Below, piece by piece: positions 26,201 through 34,586 of a stretch of DNA of 64,000 nt. Both the position numbers and the translations under genes were made by a program. Each line of letters begins with the position of its first letter. Positions within the stretch are counted from its first letter, which is position 1. Origin of the DNA: an uncultured Acidobacteriota bacterium (GTDB lineage Bacteria > Acidobacteriota > Terriglobia > Acidiferrales > UBA7541); contig CAWHXI010000001.1 of the NCBI GenBank assembly GCA_963833345.1, positions 438,025 to 502,024 on the forward strand. The letters run 5' to 3'. The notes beneath the pieces were generated by a model that did not search any database, was not told the DNA's origin, and saw only the letters and a list, made by a program, of their open reading frames with translations.

Positions 26201-29054
26201 CGCGGTCACCAAAGGCGATCTCACACGTTCCATTCAGGTGGAGGCAAGCGGAGAAGTAGCCGAGCTCAAAGATTACATCAACACCATGATCGACAACTTG
26301 CGGCTAACGACGGACCGGAACAAGGAACAAGACTGGCTGAAAACCAATCTCGCGCGCTTTACCGGTATGCTCCAGGGCCAGCGCGATCTCTCCACCGTAG
26401 GGCGCATGCTCCTGTCCGAGCTCGCACCCCTCGTCAACGCCCAGCAAGGCGTGATCTATCAAATGGAGACAGATGAATCGTCTGAGATGATGCTTCTCTC
26501 GGCCTACGCCGATGACGCACCGAACGGACATGCGCGTCAGTTGCGAGTGGGCGAGGGTCTCGTTGGCCAGTGCGCGGCGGAGAAGCGCCGCATGCTCATC
26601 ACCGAAGTCCCGCCGCATGCTGTTCCCATTCGTTCCGGATTATTCAAGGCTGTGCCTCTGAACGTGATCGTGCTTCCCGTGCTTTTCGAAGATCGCGTTA
26701 AAGCGGTCATTGAGCTGGCCTCATTGAGCACTTTTACGGCCTCCCATCTCGCGTTCCTAGAACAATTGACCGCCAGCATCGGCATTGTGCTCAACAGCAT
26801 CGAGGCCACGATGCAGACCGAAGGCCTGCTAAAACAATCTCAGCAATTGGCTACCGAACTCCAAACGCAGCAGAAAGAGTTGCAGCAGACCAACGAGCAG
26901 CTTGCTCAAAAAGCCCAGCAACTTGCTGAACAAAACGTCGAAGTGGAACGTAAGAACCAGGAAATCGACCAGGCCCGCCGCGCCGTGGAAGAAAAGGCAA
27001 AAGAACTGGCTCTCACCTCCAAGTACAAATCAGAGTTTCTTGCCAACATGTCCCATGAGCTGCGAACTCCGCTCAACAGTATTCTCGTCCTAGGCCAGCA
27101 GCTTACTGATAATCCCGACGGCAACTTGACCGTCAAACAAGTCGAGTTTGCCCGCACCATTCACGGGGCCGGCACGGACCTGCTGAATCTCATTACCGAC
27201 ATTCTCGATCTCTCCAAGATTGAATCAGGAACGGTTTCCGTTCAGGCTGAAGAAGTTTTCTTTGCAAGTTTGCTCGACATGATGGCTCGTCCATTCCGGC
27301 ATGAGGCGGAGAACCGTCGCTTTACATTCGAGTTGACCACGGATCCGCGGTTGAGCCGCAGTTTGGTCACAGATTCGAAGCGATTGCAGCAGGTCCTCAA
27401 GAATCTGCTCTCCAACGCATTTAAATTCACCGAACAAGGCAGTGTGCGGCTGTCCGTGTTCCTGGCCGAGCGCGGCTGGAGTGATGACCATGCCGTTCTT
27501 CGAGCAGCGCCAGCCGTCATTGCTTTCCAGGTCGAGGACACTGGCATCGGCATTCCACCGGAAAAACAGCGCATTATCTTCGAAGCCTTCCAGCAGGCCG
27601 ACGCAGGGACTAGCCGTAAGTATGGCGGCACGGGACTAGGACTGGCCATTAGCCGTGAGCTGGCTAATCTCCTCGGCGGCGAAATCCAACTACGTAGCGA
27701 AGCTGGAAAGGGCAGCACGTTTACCCTCTATCTCCCGCAAACCTACGTGGGGCCATCGACGGGCGTCAATGTTTTGGAAATGAGAACCGCTCCCATTCAG
27801 GCTCCGCAATTGGTTCCTGCAATCGCACCCGAACACCGTATCGAACCGATTGAAGATGATCGTGCAAACCTCCAGGAGACCGACGCCGTTTTATTGGTTG
27901 TCGAGGATGACCCCCACTATGCCCGTTTGCTCCGCGATTTGGCGCGAGACAAGGGATTCAAGGTTCTGGTTGCCACTCGGGGCGCCGAAGGGCTCGCCTT
28001 GGCACGCGAGTTCCATCCCATGGCCGTTTCCCTTGATATCTTCCTGCCGGACATGCTGGGTTGGACCGTGCTCAATCACCTGAAGCAAGATCCCTCCATG
28101 CGCCACATTCCGGTACAAATCCTGACCCTGGATGAAGACCGACAGCACGGCCTCTCTCGTGGGGCATTTGCATTTGTTCAAAAACCTACGACGCCCGATG
28201 AACTCAACAATGCGTTTTCACGCATCAAAGAATACGCAGCGCCTCATCTCAAGCGTCTACTGGTTGTAGAAGATAACCCCGGTGAGCAGCTGAGTATTCG
28301 CGAGCTGCTCGGCCATCACGATATCCACGTTTCTATCGCCGCGACTGGTGAAGAGGCGTTGGCCGCCATTGCTAAAGAGACATTCGATTGCATGGTTCTT
28401 GACCTCCGTCTGCCCGATGTGTCCGGCTTCGATGTTTTGGAGCGCTTGCGCGATACACCATCACGAATTGATTTACCGGTAGTTGTATTCACGGGGAAGG
28501 ATTTGTCCCCAGAAGAAGATGCCCGCCTGCGCACTCTGGCCCGAAGTGTAGTTGTGAAAGGCGTGGAATCGCCGGAACGGCTTTTGGACGAGACCGCCCT
28601 TTTCTTGCATCGCGTCGTTGCCCACCTTCCTGTCGAGAAGCAGCAAATGCTGGACCGCTTGCACCGCTCGGATGACGCACTGGTAGGAAAGAAGGTTCTC
28701 GTTGTGGATGATGATGTCCGCAATATCTTTGCTCTGAGCAGCGTGCTCGAGCGTCGTGGAATGACAGTCTTGACTGCCGGTACGGGCCGCGAAACCATTG
28801 ATATCCTTAGTTCAACTCCTGATGTGGCGATCGTACTCATGGATATCATGATGCCGGAGATGGATGGTTATGAGACCATGCAGGTCATCAGGCAGAATCC
28901 GGCATTCCGGCGTCTTCCGATCATTGCCCTCACGGCAAAAGCAATGAAGGGGGATCGAGAGAAGTGTCTGGAAGCAGGTGCATCTGAATATCTTGCGAAG
29001 CCGGTCAATACGGAACAATTGCTGTCGGCACTACGAATGTGGCTCCATCGGTAA
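23280..29054 (+). CDS. soluble poly-HAMP hybrid sensor histidine kinase (HAMP array, GAF, coiled coil, HisKA, HATPase_c, 3 x REC)
   Basis: No TM segment. Eleven HAMP-pair units, 9 of them near-identical. GAF-like segment ([14 protein letters not shown]). [16 protein letters not shown] (H-box). [13 protein letters not shown] (G2). Three receivers ([10 protein letters not shown].., [10 protein letters not shown].., [10 protein letters not shown]..). Confidence 0.95.
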   Translation: MEMTMKRVDRDPPGASLRPVPGAESRNNGKDHVAEISAPDLSLLLSSLQTMRDGDFSVRLPGTWTGLPGKLADTFNEIVSSNQQIAHELRRVGQVVGKEGKTRERTQFHQPRGAWGEMEVSINTLVDDLLQPNTEVTRAIAAVAQGNLTQTVRLDVDGRPLEGEFLRSATIVNTMIQQLGVFTAEVTRVAREVGTDGKLGGQAQVPGVAGTWKDLTDSVNSMASNLTGQVRNIAEVATAVASGDLSRKITVDVRGEILQLKEAINTMVDQLRSFASEVTRVAREVGTDGKLGGQAVVPGVAGTWKDLTDSVNAMAGNLTAQVRNIAEVTTAVARGDLSRKITVDVKGEILELKDTINTMVDQLNAFAGEVTRVAREVGTEGKLGGQAQVPGVGGTWKDLTDNVNFMASNLTGQVRNIAEVATAIASGDLSRKITVDVRGEILQLKETLNTMVDQLNRFAGEVTRVAREVGSEGRLGGQANVPGVAGTWKDLTDSVNSMAGNLTGQVRNIAEVTTAVARGDLSRKITVDVKGEILELKNTINTMVDQLNAFAAEVTRVAREVGTEGKLGGQAQVPGVGGTWKDLTDNVNFMASNLTGQVRNIAEVATAVARGDLSRKITVDVRGEILELKDTLNTMVDQLRAFASEVTRVAREVGTDGKLGGQAQVPGVAGTWKDLTDSVNSMASNLTGQVRNIAEVATAIASGDLSKKITVNVSGEILLLKETINTMVDQLNAFAGEVTRVAREVGSEGRLGGQANVPGVAGTWKDLTDSVNSMAGNLTGQVRNIAEVTTAVARGDLSRKITVDVKGEILELKDTINTMVDQLNAFAGEVTRVAREVGTDGKLGGQAQVSGVAGTWKDLTDNVNVMAANLTEQVRGIVKVVTAVANGELTKKLTVNAKGEVAALAETINNMTDTLATFADQVTTVAREVGVEGRLGGQANVPGAAGTWKDLTGNVNLLADNLTNQVRAIAEVTTAVTKGDLTRSIQVEASGEVAELKDYINTMIDNLRLTTDRNKEQDWLKTNLARFTGMLQGQRDLSTVGRMLLSELAPLVNAQQGVIYQMETDESSEMMLLSAYADDAPNGHARQLRVGEGLVGQCAAEKRRMLITEVPPHAVPIRSGLFKAVPLNVIVLPVLFEDRVKAVIELASLSTFTASHLAFLEQLTASIGIVLNSIEATMQTEGLLKQSQQLATELQTQQKELQQTNEQLAQKAQQLAEQNVEVERKNQEIDQARRAVEEKAKELALTSKYKSEFLANMSHELRTPLNSILVLGQQLTDNPDGNLTVKQVEFARTIHGAGTDLLNLITDILDLSKIESGTVSVQAEEVFFASLLDMMARPFRHEAENRRFTFELTTDPRLSRSLVTDSKRLQQVLKNLLSNAFKFTEQGSVRLSVFLAERGWSDDHAVLRAAPAVIAFQVEDTGIGIPPEKQRIIFEAFQQADAGTSRKYGGTGLGLAISRELANLLGGEIQLRSEAGKGSTFTLYLPQTYVGPSTGVNVLEMRTAPIQAPQLVPAIAPEHRIEPIEDDRANLQETDAVLLVVEDDPHYARLLRDLARDKGFKVLVATRGAEGLALAREFHPMAVSLDIFLPDMLGWTVLNHLKQDPSMRHIPVQILTLDEDRQHGLSRGAFAFVQKPTTPDELNNAFSRIKEYAAPHLKRLLVVEDNPGEQLSIRELLGHHDIHVSIAATGEEALAAIAKETFDCMVLDLRLPDVSGFDVLERLRDTPSRIDLPVVVFTGKDLSPEEDARLRTLARSVVVKGVESPERLLDETALFLHRVVAHLPVEKQQMLDRLHRSDDALVGKKVLVVDDDVRNIFALSSVLERRGMTVLTAGTGRETIDILSSTPDVAIVLMDIMMPEMDGYETMQVIRQNPAFRRLPIIALTAKAMKGDREKCLEAGASEYLAKPVNTEQLLSALRMWLHR
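23823..26306 (+). repeat. in-frame tandem array, 9 x 276 bp (92-aa di-HAMP units)
   Basis: Each unit starts F-[AT]-x-[EQ]-V-T-[RT]-V-A-R-E-V-G and ends ..NTM[VI]D[QN]L. Unit boundaries checked at 23823, 24099 and 26306. Confidence 0.9.
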
Positions 29055-29124
29055 GAATGGATCGGTTGCAATGTGTCGAATGAGCGCGGCGAACGGTAAG
29101 CTCATCGTCTGCGAGGGCTAGTCT

Positions 29125-30246
29125 ATGGCCGGGCACGAAAAAGTGAACATTCTCATGGTGGACGACCAGGTTGGCAAGCTGCTCAGCTATGAAGTCATTC
29201 TTGCTGGTCTCGGTGAGAATCTAATCAAAGCCTACTCGGGCAAAGAGGCACTCGATCACCTTTTGAAGTCGGACATCGCCGTAATCCTTCTGGACGTCAG
29301 CATGCCGGAACTTGATGGTTTTGACCTCGCGGAAATGATCCGCCAGCATCCGCGTTTTCACAGAATACCGATCATTTTCATCTCCGCTGTGCTTCTGACG
29401 GACGTCGATCGTCTCAAGGGTTACGAACGCGGTGCCGTGGACTATATTTCCGTCCCCGTTGTGCCGGAATTATTGCGAGCCAAGGTGAGTGTTTTTGTAG
29501 ATTTGCATCGCAAGACGCGGCAATTGGAAATGTTGAACCTCGAGTTGCGGCGCCTTTCTAGCAGTCTCATCGCAGCGCAGGATCAGGAGCGGCGTAGGAT
29601 CGCCCGGGACCTGCACGATGGTCTGGGACAAGAGCTCAGCGGCGCAAAGATGATGGTCGATTGCATGCAGATGCAAAATCAGTCCATGGAGTGGAAGGAG
29701 AAGGCTGCCGCCGAGGCCAGCGCCCTAATCGATCAGGCTATCCAGCAAGTTCGCAGTATTTCGCATCTCCTGCATCCTCCTATGCTCGACGAAATCGGCC
29801 TGCAATCTTCACTCCGGTGGTATTTGGATGGCTTGACGAAACGGAGCGGCCTTGAAACTTCATTGGAAGTGCAACCGGAGGATTTTCCCCGCTTCGGATC
29901 AGAGTTGGAAACCACCATATTCCGCGTCGTCCAGGAAGCCCTCACCAATGTGTTTCGCCACGCTGAGGCTAGAAGAGTCGGTCTTGATCTGGCGATAAGA
30001 GATGGTCAAATAATTATAAAGGTGCGTGACGACGGGAAGGGCATTCCGGACTCCGTCGCGGATTTTGACGGTGACAAGATTGGGGTTGGCATTGCAGGAA
30101 TGCGGCAACGCGTCAAGGAATTAGGTGGAGAGCTGCGTCTGCGAAATGGCAACCCAGGGACACTTCTTGAGGCGGTCATTCCGATTAAATCTGGGGCATC
30201 CCGTCTCGCTGAACATTTAACCGCTTCGTGGGACGTCAACCGTTGA
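29125..30246 (+). CDS. REC-HisKA_3-HATPase_c kinase (receiver-regulated histidine kinase)
   Basis: ILMVDDQ...VILLDVSMPELDG...IIFISA, then QERRRIARDLHDGLGQEL (HisKA_3) and GVGIAGMRQRV (G2 box). Confidence 0.9.
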   Translation: MAGHEKVNILMVDDQVGKLLSYEVILAGLGENLIKAYSGKEALDHLLKSDIAVILLDVSMPELDGFDLAEMIRQHPRFHRIPIIFISAVLLTDVDRLKGYERGAVDYISVPVVPELLRAKVSVFVDLHRKTRQLEMLNLELRRLSSSLIAAQDQERRRIARDLHDGLGQELSGAKMMVDCMQMQNQSMEWKEKAAAEASALIDQAIQQVRSISHLLHPPMLDEIGLQSSLRWYLDGLTKRSGLETSLEVQPEDFPRFGSELETTIFRVVQEALTNVFRHAEARRVGLDLAIRDGQIIIKVRDDGKGIPDSVADFDGDKIGVGIAGMRQRVKELGGELRLRNGNPGTLLEAVIPIKSGASRLAEHLTASWDVNR

Positions 30247-30637
30247 TTTCGGGTCCTTGCACCTTCGGTAGCCGATGCTGAGTCACTGCTGTGTCGATCG
30301 TCCTGATTAGATCCCACACTTGGGCTTTCGAAACCACCTGGCAGATCCCCGCCTGACGAGCAGGGCCCTCGAGCCCCTCCAAATCCAGGATCGTGAATAG
30401 GACGAGAGGGATGCTACCGTCCAAGGAAGACATTCGTTTGGCGACTTCGATGCCATTCATATCCGGCAATGCCAGGTCAATGATAACCAGGTCTGGTTTT
30501 AGGGCCTCATACTGTTCAACGCCCAAGAGGCCATTCTCGGCTTCTCCGCAAACGCTCCACTCACGGCTACCTATGATGGCGCGCAGGAGCCGCCGCGTGG
30601 CTTCAGAATCGTCCACAATCAATATTCGCAAATCCAA
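30236..30637 (-). CDS. stand-alone response regulator receiver (CheY-like)
   Basis: MDLRILIVDDSEATRR...CGEAENG...DLVIIDLALPDMNG...VLFT. Overlaps the 3' end of 29125..30246 by 11 nt (convergent). Confidence 0.85.
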   Translation of the reverse strand: MDLRILIVDDSEATRRLLRAIIGSREWSVCGEAENGLLGVEQYEALKPDLVIIDLALPDMNGIEVAKRMSSLDGSIPLVLFTILDLEGLEGPARQAGICQVVSKAQVWDLIRTIDTAVTQHRLPKVQGPEING

Positions 30638-30779
30638 TGTTTGACACTCCGTCTATTTTTATACGTTAGGAAAGCAGCGCAGAACCATAGGGTTTTTACC
30701 GTAGATAGCGCGACGCGGCCCACGGTGCCAGACTGACGGGATACCAATCGCGTTCACTCACGGCAAATGAAAATGGCTT

Positions 30780-31166
30780 CTATTGGATCGTCTGTTTCGA
30801 TTTCTGCGCAAAAACAGTCTCAATCTTGGCTATTAGCTTCCAAGCCTCGCTCTTGCGCACTACCGCGCAGATACCCGCCTTGGCTGCCTCTCGTTCAACG
30901 CCCTCTATATCCCATATCGTGAATAAGATAAGCGGTACAGTCGGATTAGCCGTGGACATCCGCGAAGCTGCTTCGATCCCATTGATGTCGGGCATTCCAA
31001 AATCCAGCAGTACCAGATCCGGATTCAGTTCCTGAAACATTTGAATTCCAGACAAGCCATTCTCCGCTTCGCCGCATATTGCCCAGCCGGAATGCGAACG
31101 CAAAATAGTTGCGATAATTCGCCTCATGCTTAGGGAGTCATCCACGATAAGGATTCGGAGGTCCAT
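30780..31166 (-). CDS. stand-alone response regulator receiver, tandem paralog of 30236..30637
   Basis: In-frame ATG 31166: MDLRILIVDDSLSMRR...CGEAENG...DLVLLDFGMPDING...ILFT. The longer ORF-track start (31403) is an extension with no protein-like character. Confidence 0.85.
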   Translation of the reverse strand: MDLRILIVDDSLSMRRIIATILRSHSGWAICGEAENGLSGIQMFQELNPDLVLLDFGMPDINGIEAASRMSTANPTVPLILFTIWDIEGVEREAAKAGICAVVRKSEAWKLIAKIETVFAQKSKQTIQ

Positions 31167-31459
31167 GGCAGCCAAGTTCGCCACCACTCTACAACCCTGA
31201 CAAAAGGCCGGGAATACCAGTGAAACCGTAGAAAAAGAACGCGAACAGGGGTGTGCGCAAGGGGAGGGCCAATGGCGTTTCGGCTCCGGCATACCATAAA
31301 TGCTGTATATGTTGTCGCCGCGACGAATGTTAACTTTGGGTCTTCGGTGCGTCTTGGCGTCGCGTTTTTGCATGCTGCGTAAATTGCCCAAGCAGCGCGC
31401 CATCTGGCCGGGAAGTGGAGGGCTATGCTCGGGTTTTCAACGGCAGACCGGGGGTCTGA

Positions 31460-31870
31460 GTGCGAGTTCTCATAGTGGATGACCACGAAGTAGTACGAAG
31501 AGGGGTGCGGTCGCTCCTGCTGACGCAACGAGACCTCGACGTCTGTGGCGAGGCCGTAGACGGCCGCGATGCGATAGAGAAGGCAAAAATGCTGTTGCCA
31601 GATCTCGTGCTCATGGATTTCAGCATGCCGAATTTGAATGGCTTTGAGGCCACCCAGGAAATTCGCCGCATACTTCCGCAAACCGAGGTAGTCATCCTGA
31701 GCCAGCACGAAACGCCTCAAATGGCCACGCAGGCGTTCCGTGCAGGTGCTCTGGGATATGTTGTAAAGTCGTCGGACTCGAAAAACCTTTTCGCGGCGCT
31801 GGAAAGAGTCGGCCGCCACGAGACCTTCTGTGATCCCAATATCGCTGCCTCCACGAACAGCCAAATCTAA
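31460..31870 (+). CDS. NarL-type receiver protein lacking the HTH output domain
   Basis: MRVLIVDDHEVVRRG...CGEAVDG...DLVLMDFSMPNLNG...VILSQH...GALGYVVK..RHETFCDP, then stop. No LuxR HTH appears in any downstream frame. Confidence 0.8.
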   Translation: MRVLIVDDHEVVRRGVRSLLLTQRDLDVCGEAVDGRDAIEKAKMLLPDLVLMDFSMPNLNGFEATQEIRRILPQTEVVILSQHETPQMATQAFRAGALGYVVKSSDSKNLFAALERVGRHETFCDPNIAASTNSQI

Positions 31871-32032
31871 GCCGTGGAAAAATATCCTCAGGGATAGGCG
31901 CGCATTCCAACGAGCGCGGTATTGAGCCGCCCAGCCAGAGCCCCCTCCCCCTGGGCGTTTTCTCGTAACTGCGGATTCTACGGGAGTTAGAGGCGTGTTT
32001 TTTGGAAATGCGGATTCTAAAGAGTTTAGAGG

Positions 32033-32072
32033 AAAAAACAAAGCGGGCAAGAACCCGCGGGGCTGAAGCCCC
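32033..32072 (-). terminator. intrinsic terminator (minus strand)
   Basis: Minus strand reads GGGGCTTCAGCCCC GCGGGTTCTTGCCCGC TTTGTTTTTT: two GC hairpins followed by a T-tract. It is orientation-specific (A-tract on the plus strand). Confidence 0.5.
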
Positions 32073-32158
32073 ACACCTACAACGACGAGAAAAAGAGCCG
32101 CGGAGAAAGGAGAGGCCAGGCGAAGGGGAGGGTGATTGGACGGAATGCGACGAAAGCA
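32033..32158 (-). ncRNA. candidate small RNA (~125 nt) bounded by a sigma-70-like promoter and the intrinsic terminator
   Basis: Minus strand: TTGACA (32193..32188), 17 nt, TACCCT (32170..32165). Transcript body is CU-rich (CACCCUCCCCUUCGCCUGGCCUCUCCUUUCUCC) and ends at the terminator. No convincing ORF. Confidence 0.25.
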
Positions 32159-32585
32159 TGGGATAGGGTAGCATGGTTTCTGATTACTGTCAATAACTAT
32201 TATTGAAAGAGTATCATTCGAATGAGACGCGTGGAAGTCAAGAGGATGCAAGGAGTTGGCGGGAATTTGCAAGTTTGGCAAGACAGGGCAGCAACAGCCA
32301 ACCCAAGACCCAGGTTCAAAAACCGAACCTGGGGACCCTCCGCCTTTTTCTAATGCGAGCAGAAAATGACGGGAAGCTATCTCCCGGCCACCCGCCCCCA
32401 AATCGAAAGGGAAAGTCCAGGAATGGAAGAGGCAGACCCACCCTTTTCAAGAACCAAACCCGAAAGGGTGGGGCACCCCGACAGGAAAAGACAAATTCAA
32501 AGCCGTTTCGCAGGGCGAACGGTGTCCCACCCGCCAACCAGTTATTTAGGGACATCTACTACGAATACTTGAAGTTAGCTGAGAC

Positions 32586-34575
32586 CTAGCGGGAGTTTAC
32601 TGCGAGTGCTCTCCCGAAACGCTGCGCATTCCCACTAACTCATTCCATGCGTAGGATTTAATCGGGTTTCTCCTTCTTGGAATGTGTATTACCCTACATT
32701 GTTTGACTGTACTGCGATTATTTCCGCATTTTATGCTTGACAAACAATAGCGTTGCGTTTATGTATTACCCTTAATGGCTAGCCTCGTCAAAAAGAAAAA
32801 AGGCAACCGCCTCTACTACTACCTCGTCGAAAGCGCCCGCGTCGACGGCCAACCTCGTATCGTTCATCAGGCCTATCTGGGCACCGCCGAAAAACTCGCT
32901 GAACTCGTTCAGCAAAAGACGGCCCCTGTCCCGCTCTCCGCCACCTTGCGAGATTTCGGTCTCCCCGGCGCCTTGTGGCTGGCTGCCAAACAGTCCGGCG
33001 TATGGCCACTACTGGAATCCCTGTGGCCTTCTCCGCGTTCCGGACCCGGTCCTGCCCACTATCTCCTGCTCGCGGCCATTCACCGCATCTGTGATCCCGG
33101 TCCGAAGACCGAAGTCAGCCATTGGTACGACCGAACCATCCTCGCTTCCCAGTGGGGTTTTCCTGCCGAACGCTTTACTTCGCAAGCCTTCTGGGACGCC
33201 TTCGAACAGATGCTGCCAGAGACCAGCGAGCCCTGCGCTCCCGCGGAAGATCCTCTCGATCGTGCACAGTTGCGTTTACTCGGTCTGTGGAAGGAGCAGC
33301 AACTGGTCGGTCGTCGACTGCTGGCCTACGATACCACCAACTTTTACACCTACATTGCCAGCACCAACACGCGGAACCAGCTGGCCCAGCGCGGCCACAA
33401 CAAACAGGGCCGCCACAATCTGCGCCAAGTGGGTCTGAGCTATGTTCTGGACGGAGAGAATGGGTTGAGCCTATGCCACCACGTCTATCCGGGTAACGTG
33501 GCCGATGTCGAAGAGTTCCCCGTGGCGTTAACACGCATCGTGCGCTTGCTGGATCAAAACCAAATTGCTCGCGACACCGTTACGCTGGTCTTCGACAAGG
33601 GCACAGCCGCACTGGACAACACCGTGCAACTGGAACAGGCCAGGGTGGGATGGATTTCCGCTCTGCCGTGGAATCAAGCGCCGGCGGAGTTGCGCGAGCG
33701 CTCCACGGAACAGCTGCCGCTCTGCAGCGCGGAACAACCGGGTGTGCGGGCCGTGGCCGAGAAGCTGTTGGTGCATGGCCAGGAATACCTCGCGGTGCTG
33801 AAGTATTCGGCGCCTTTTGCCGCCGAGCAACTGCACAGCTTGACCACCAGCATCAGCCGCGCGCTGCAGTCCCTGCGACGCTTCTCCAAGGAATTGAATA
33901 AACCTCGAGCGCGTTGGACCGAGGAAGGTATCACGCGCAAGATTCAGAAGTGGTTGTCCGGGCAGTTCCTCTCCGAGGTAATTCGCTATCAGCTGGAATC
34001 TCGCGACGGGCAATGGCGACTACAGTTTGATTTCGATCAGGCCGCGTTCGAGCGCCTTCTTGGGCGTCGTTTAGGCCGAACGGTGCTGCTCACCAACCGT
34101 ATGGACTGGACGGCGGAACAAGTGGTGGCCGGTTATGCCGGCCAGCAACAGGTCGAGCGCGTCTTCCGCGGCCTGAAAGACGGAGAGTGGCTCGCTTGGG
34201 GACCGATGCATCACTGGACCGACCGCAAGATTCGCATCCATGCGTTTTACTGCATGCTGGGCATTTCTCTGCTGCAGTATGTGCATCGCCAGGCCAAAGC
34301 TGCCTGGAGCGATCTTTCCATGGAACAACTCATCGAAGAGTTGCAGCAGATTCAGCAGTTCATCCTGCTCTATCCACAGCAAGGCGAGAAAGGCCCTGAT
34401 CGCGCGGCCTATGTGCTCTCGAAGCAAACTCTTGCGCAGCAGGCTTTGACCAAGGCGCTGAAACTGGATGAACTGCAGATTACCCACCGTGGGTAATACC
34501 AACTGGACGATATAAACTTCACAAAAAGAAGCTCTTAGAAATCTGCCGACCGAGTCCGCAGTAAACTCCCGCTAG
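32586..34575 (+). mobile_element. IS1634-family (IS4 superfamily) insertion sequence, ~1.99 kb
   Basis: Perfect 19-bp terminal inverted repeats: CTAGCGGGAGTTTACTGCG at 32586..32604 and its reverse complement at 34557..34575. They enclose a single transposase ORF. Confidence 0.85.
32775..34496 (+). CDS. IS1634-family DDE transposase
   Basis: N-terminus MASLVKKKKGNRLYYYLVESARVDGQPRIVHQAYLG is typical of IS1634-type transposases. DDE candidates: LLAYDTTNFYT, VTLVFDKGT and YAGQQQVERVFRGLK (Y-x2-R/Q-x3-E-x6-K signature). Confidence 0.9.
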   Translation: MASLVKKKKGNRLYYYLVESARVDGQPRIVHQAYLGTAEKLAELVQQKTAPVPLSATLRDFGLPGALWLAAKQSGVWPLLESLWPSPRSGPGPAHYLLLAAIHRICDPGPKTEVSHWYDRTILASQWGFPAERFTSQAFWDAFEQMLPETSEPCAPAEDPLDRAQLRLLGLWKEQQLVGRRLLAYDTTNFYTYIASTNTRNQLAQRGHNKQGRHNLRQVGLSYVLDGENGLSLCHHVYPGNVADVEEFPVALTRIVRLLDQNQIARDTVTLVFDKGTAALDNTVQLEQARVGWISALPWNQAPAELRERSTEQLPLCSAEQPGVRAVAEKLLVHGQEYLAVLKYSAPFAAEQLHSLTTSISRALQSLRRFSKELNKPRARWTEEGITRKIQKWLSGQFLSEVIRYQLESRDGQWRLQFDFDQAAFERLLGRRLGRTVLLTNRMDWTAEQVVAGYAGQQQVERVFRGLKDGEWLAWGPMHHWTDRKIRIHAFYCMLGISLLQYVHRQAKAAWSDLSMEQLIEELQQIQQFILLYPQQGEKGPDRAAYVLSKQTLAQQALTKALKLDELQITHRG

Positions 34576-34586
34576 AACGGAAAGGC

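Noticed and set aside
23823-26306. Regular 276-bp repeats considered as a possible CRISPR or satellite array
   Set aside because: There is no repeat/spacer alternation. The units are contiguous, in frame and encode HAMP domains inside one long ORF.
31130-32401. 423-aa minus-strand ORF spanning the receiver genes and the non-coding gap
   Set aside because: It overlaps two well-supported receiver genes (one on each strand). It reads straight through an intrinsic terminator and has low-complexity, non-protein-like composition.
32395-32480. GGGAAAGTCCAGG plus a CCCACCCTTT...AAAGGGTGGG hairpin, reminiscent of the RNase P RNA GGAAAGTCCGG core
   Set aside because: Only this short motif matches. 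The other universally conserved RNase P segments and the required ~350-400 nt architecture are not present.
32203-32589. 128-aa highly basic plus-strand ORF left of the IS
   Set aside because: Low-complexity Arg/Lys/Pro/Gly sequence with no RBS. It overlaps hairpin-rich non-coding DNA.
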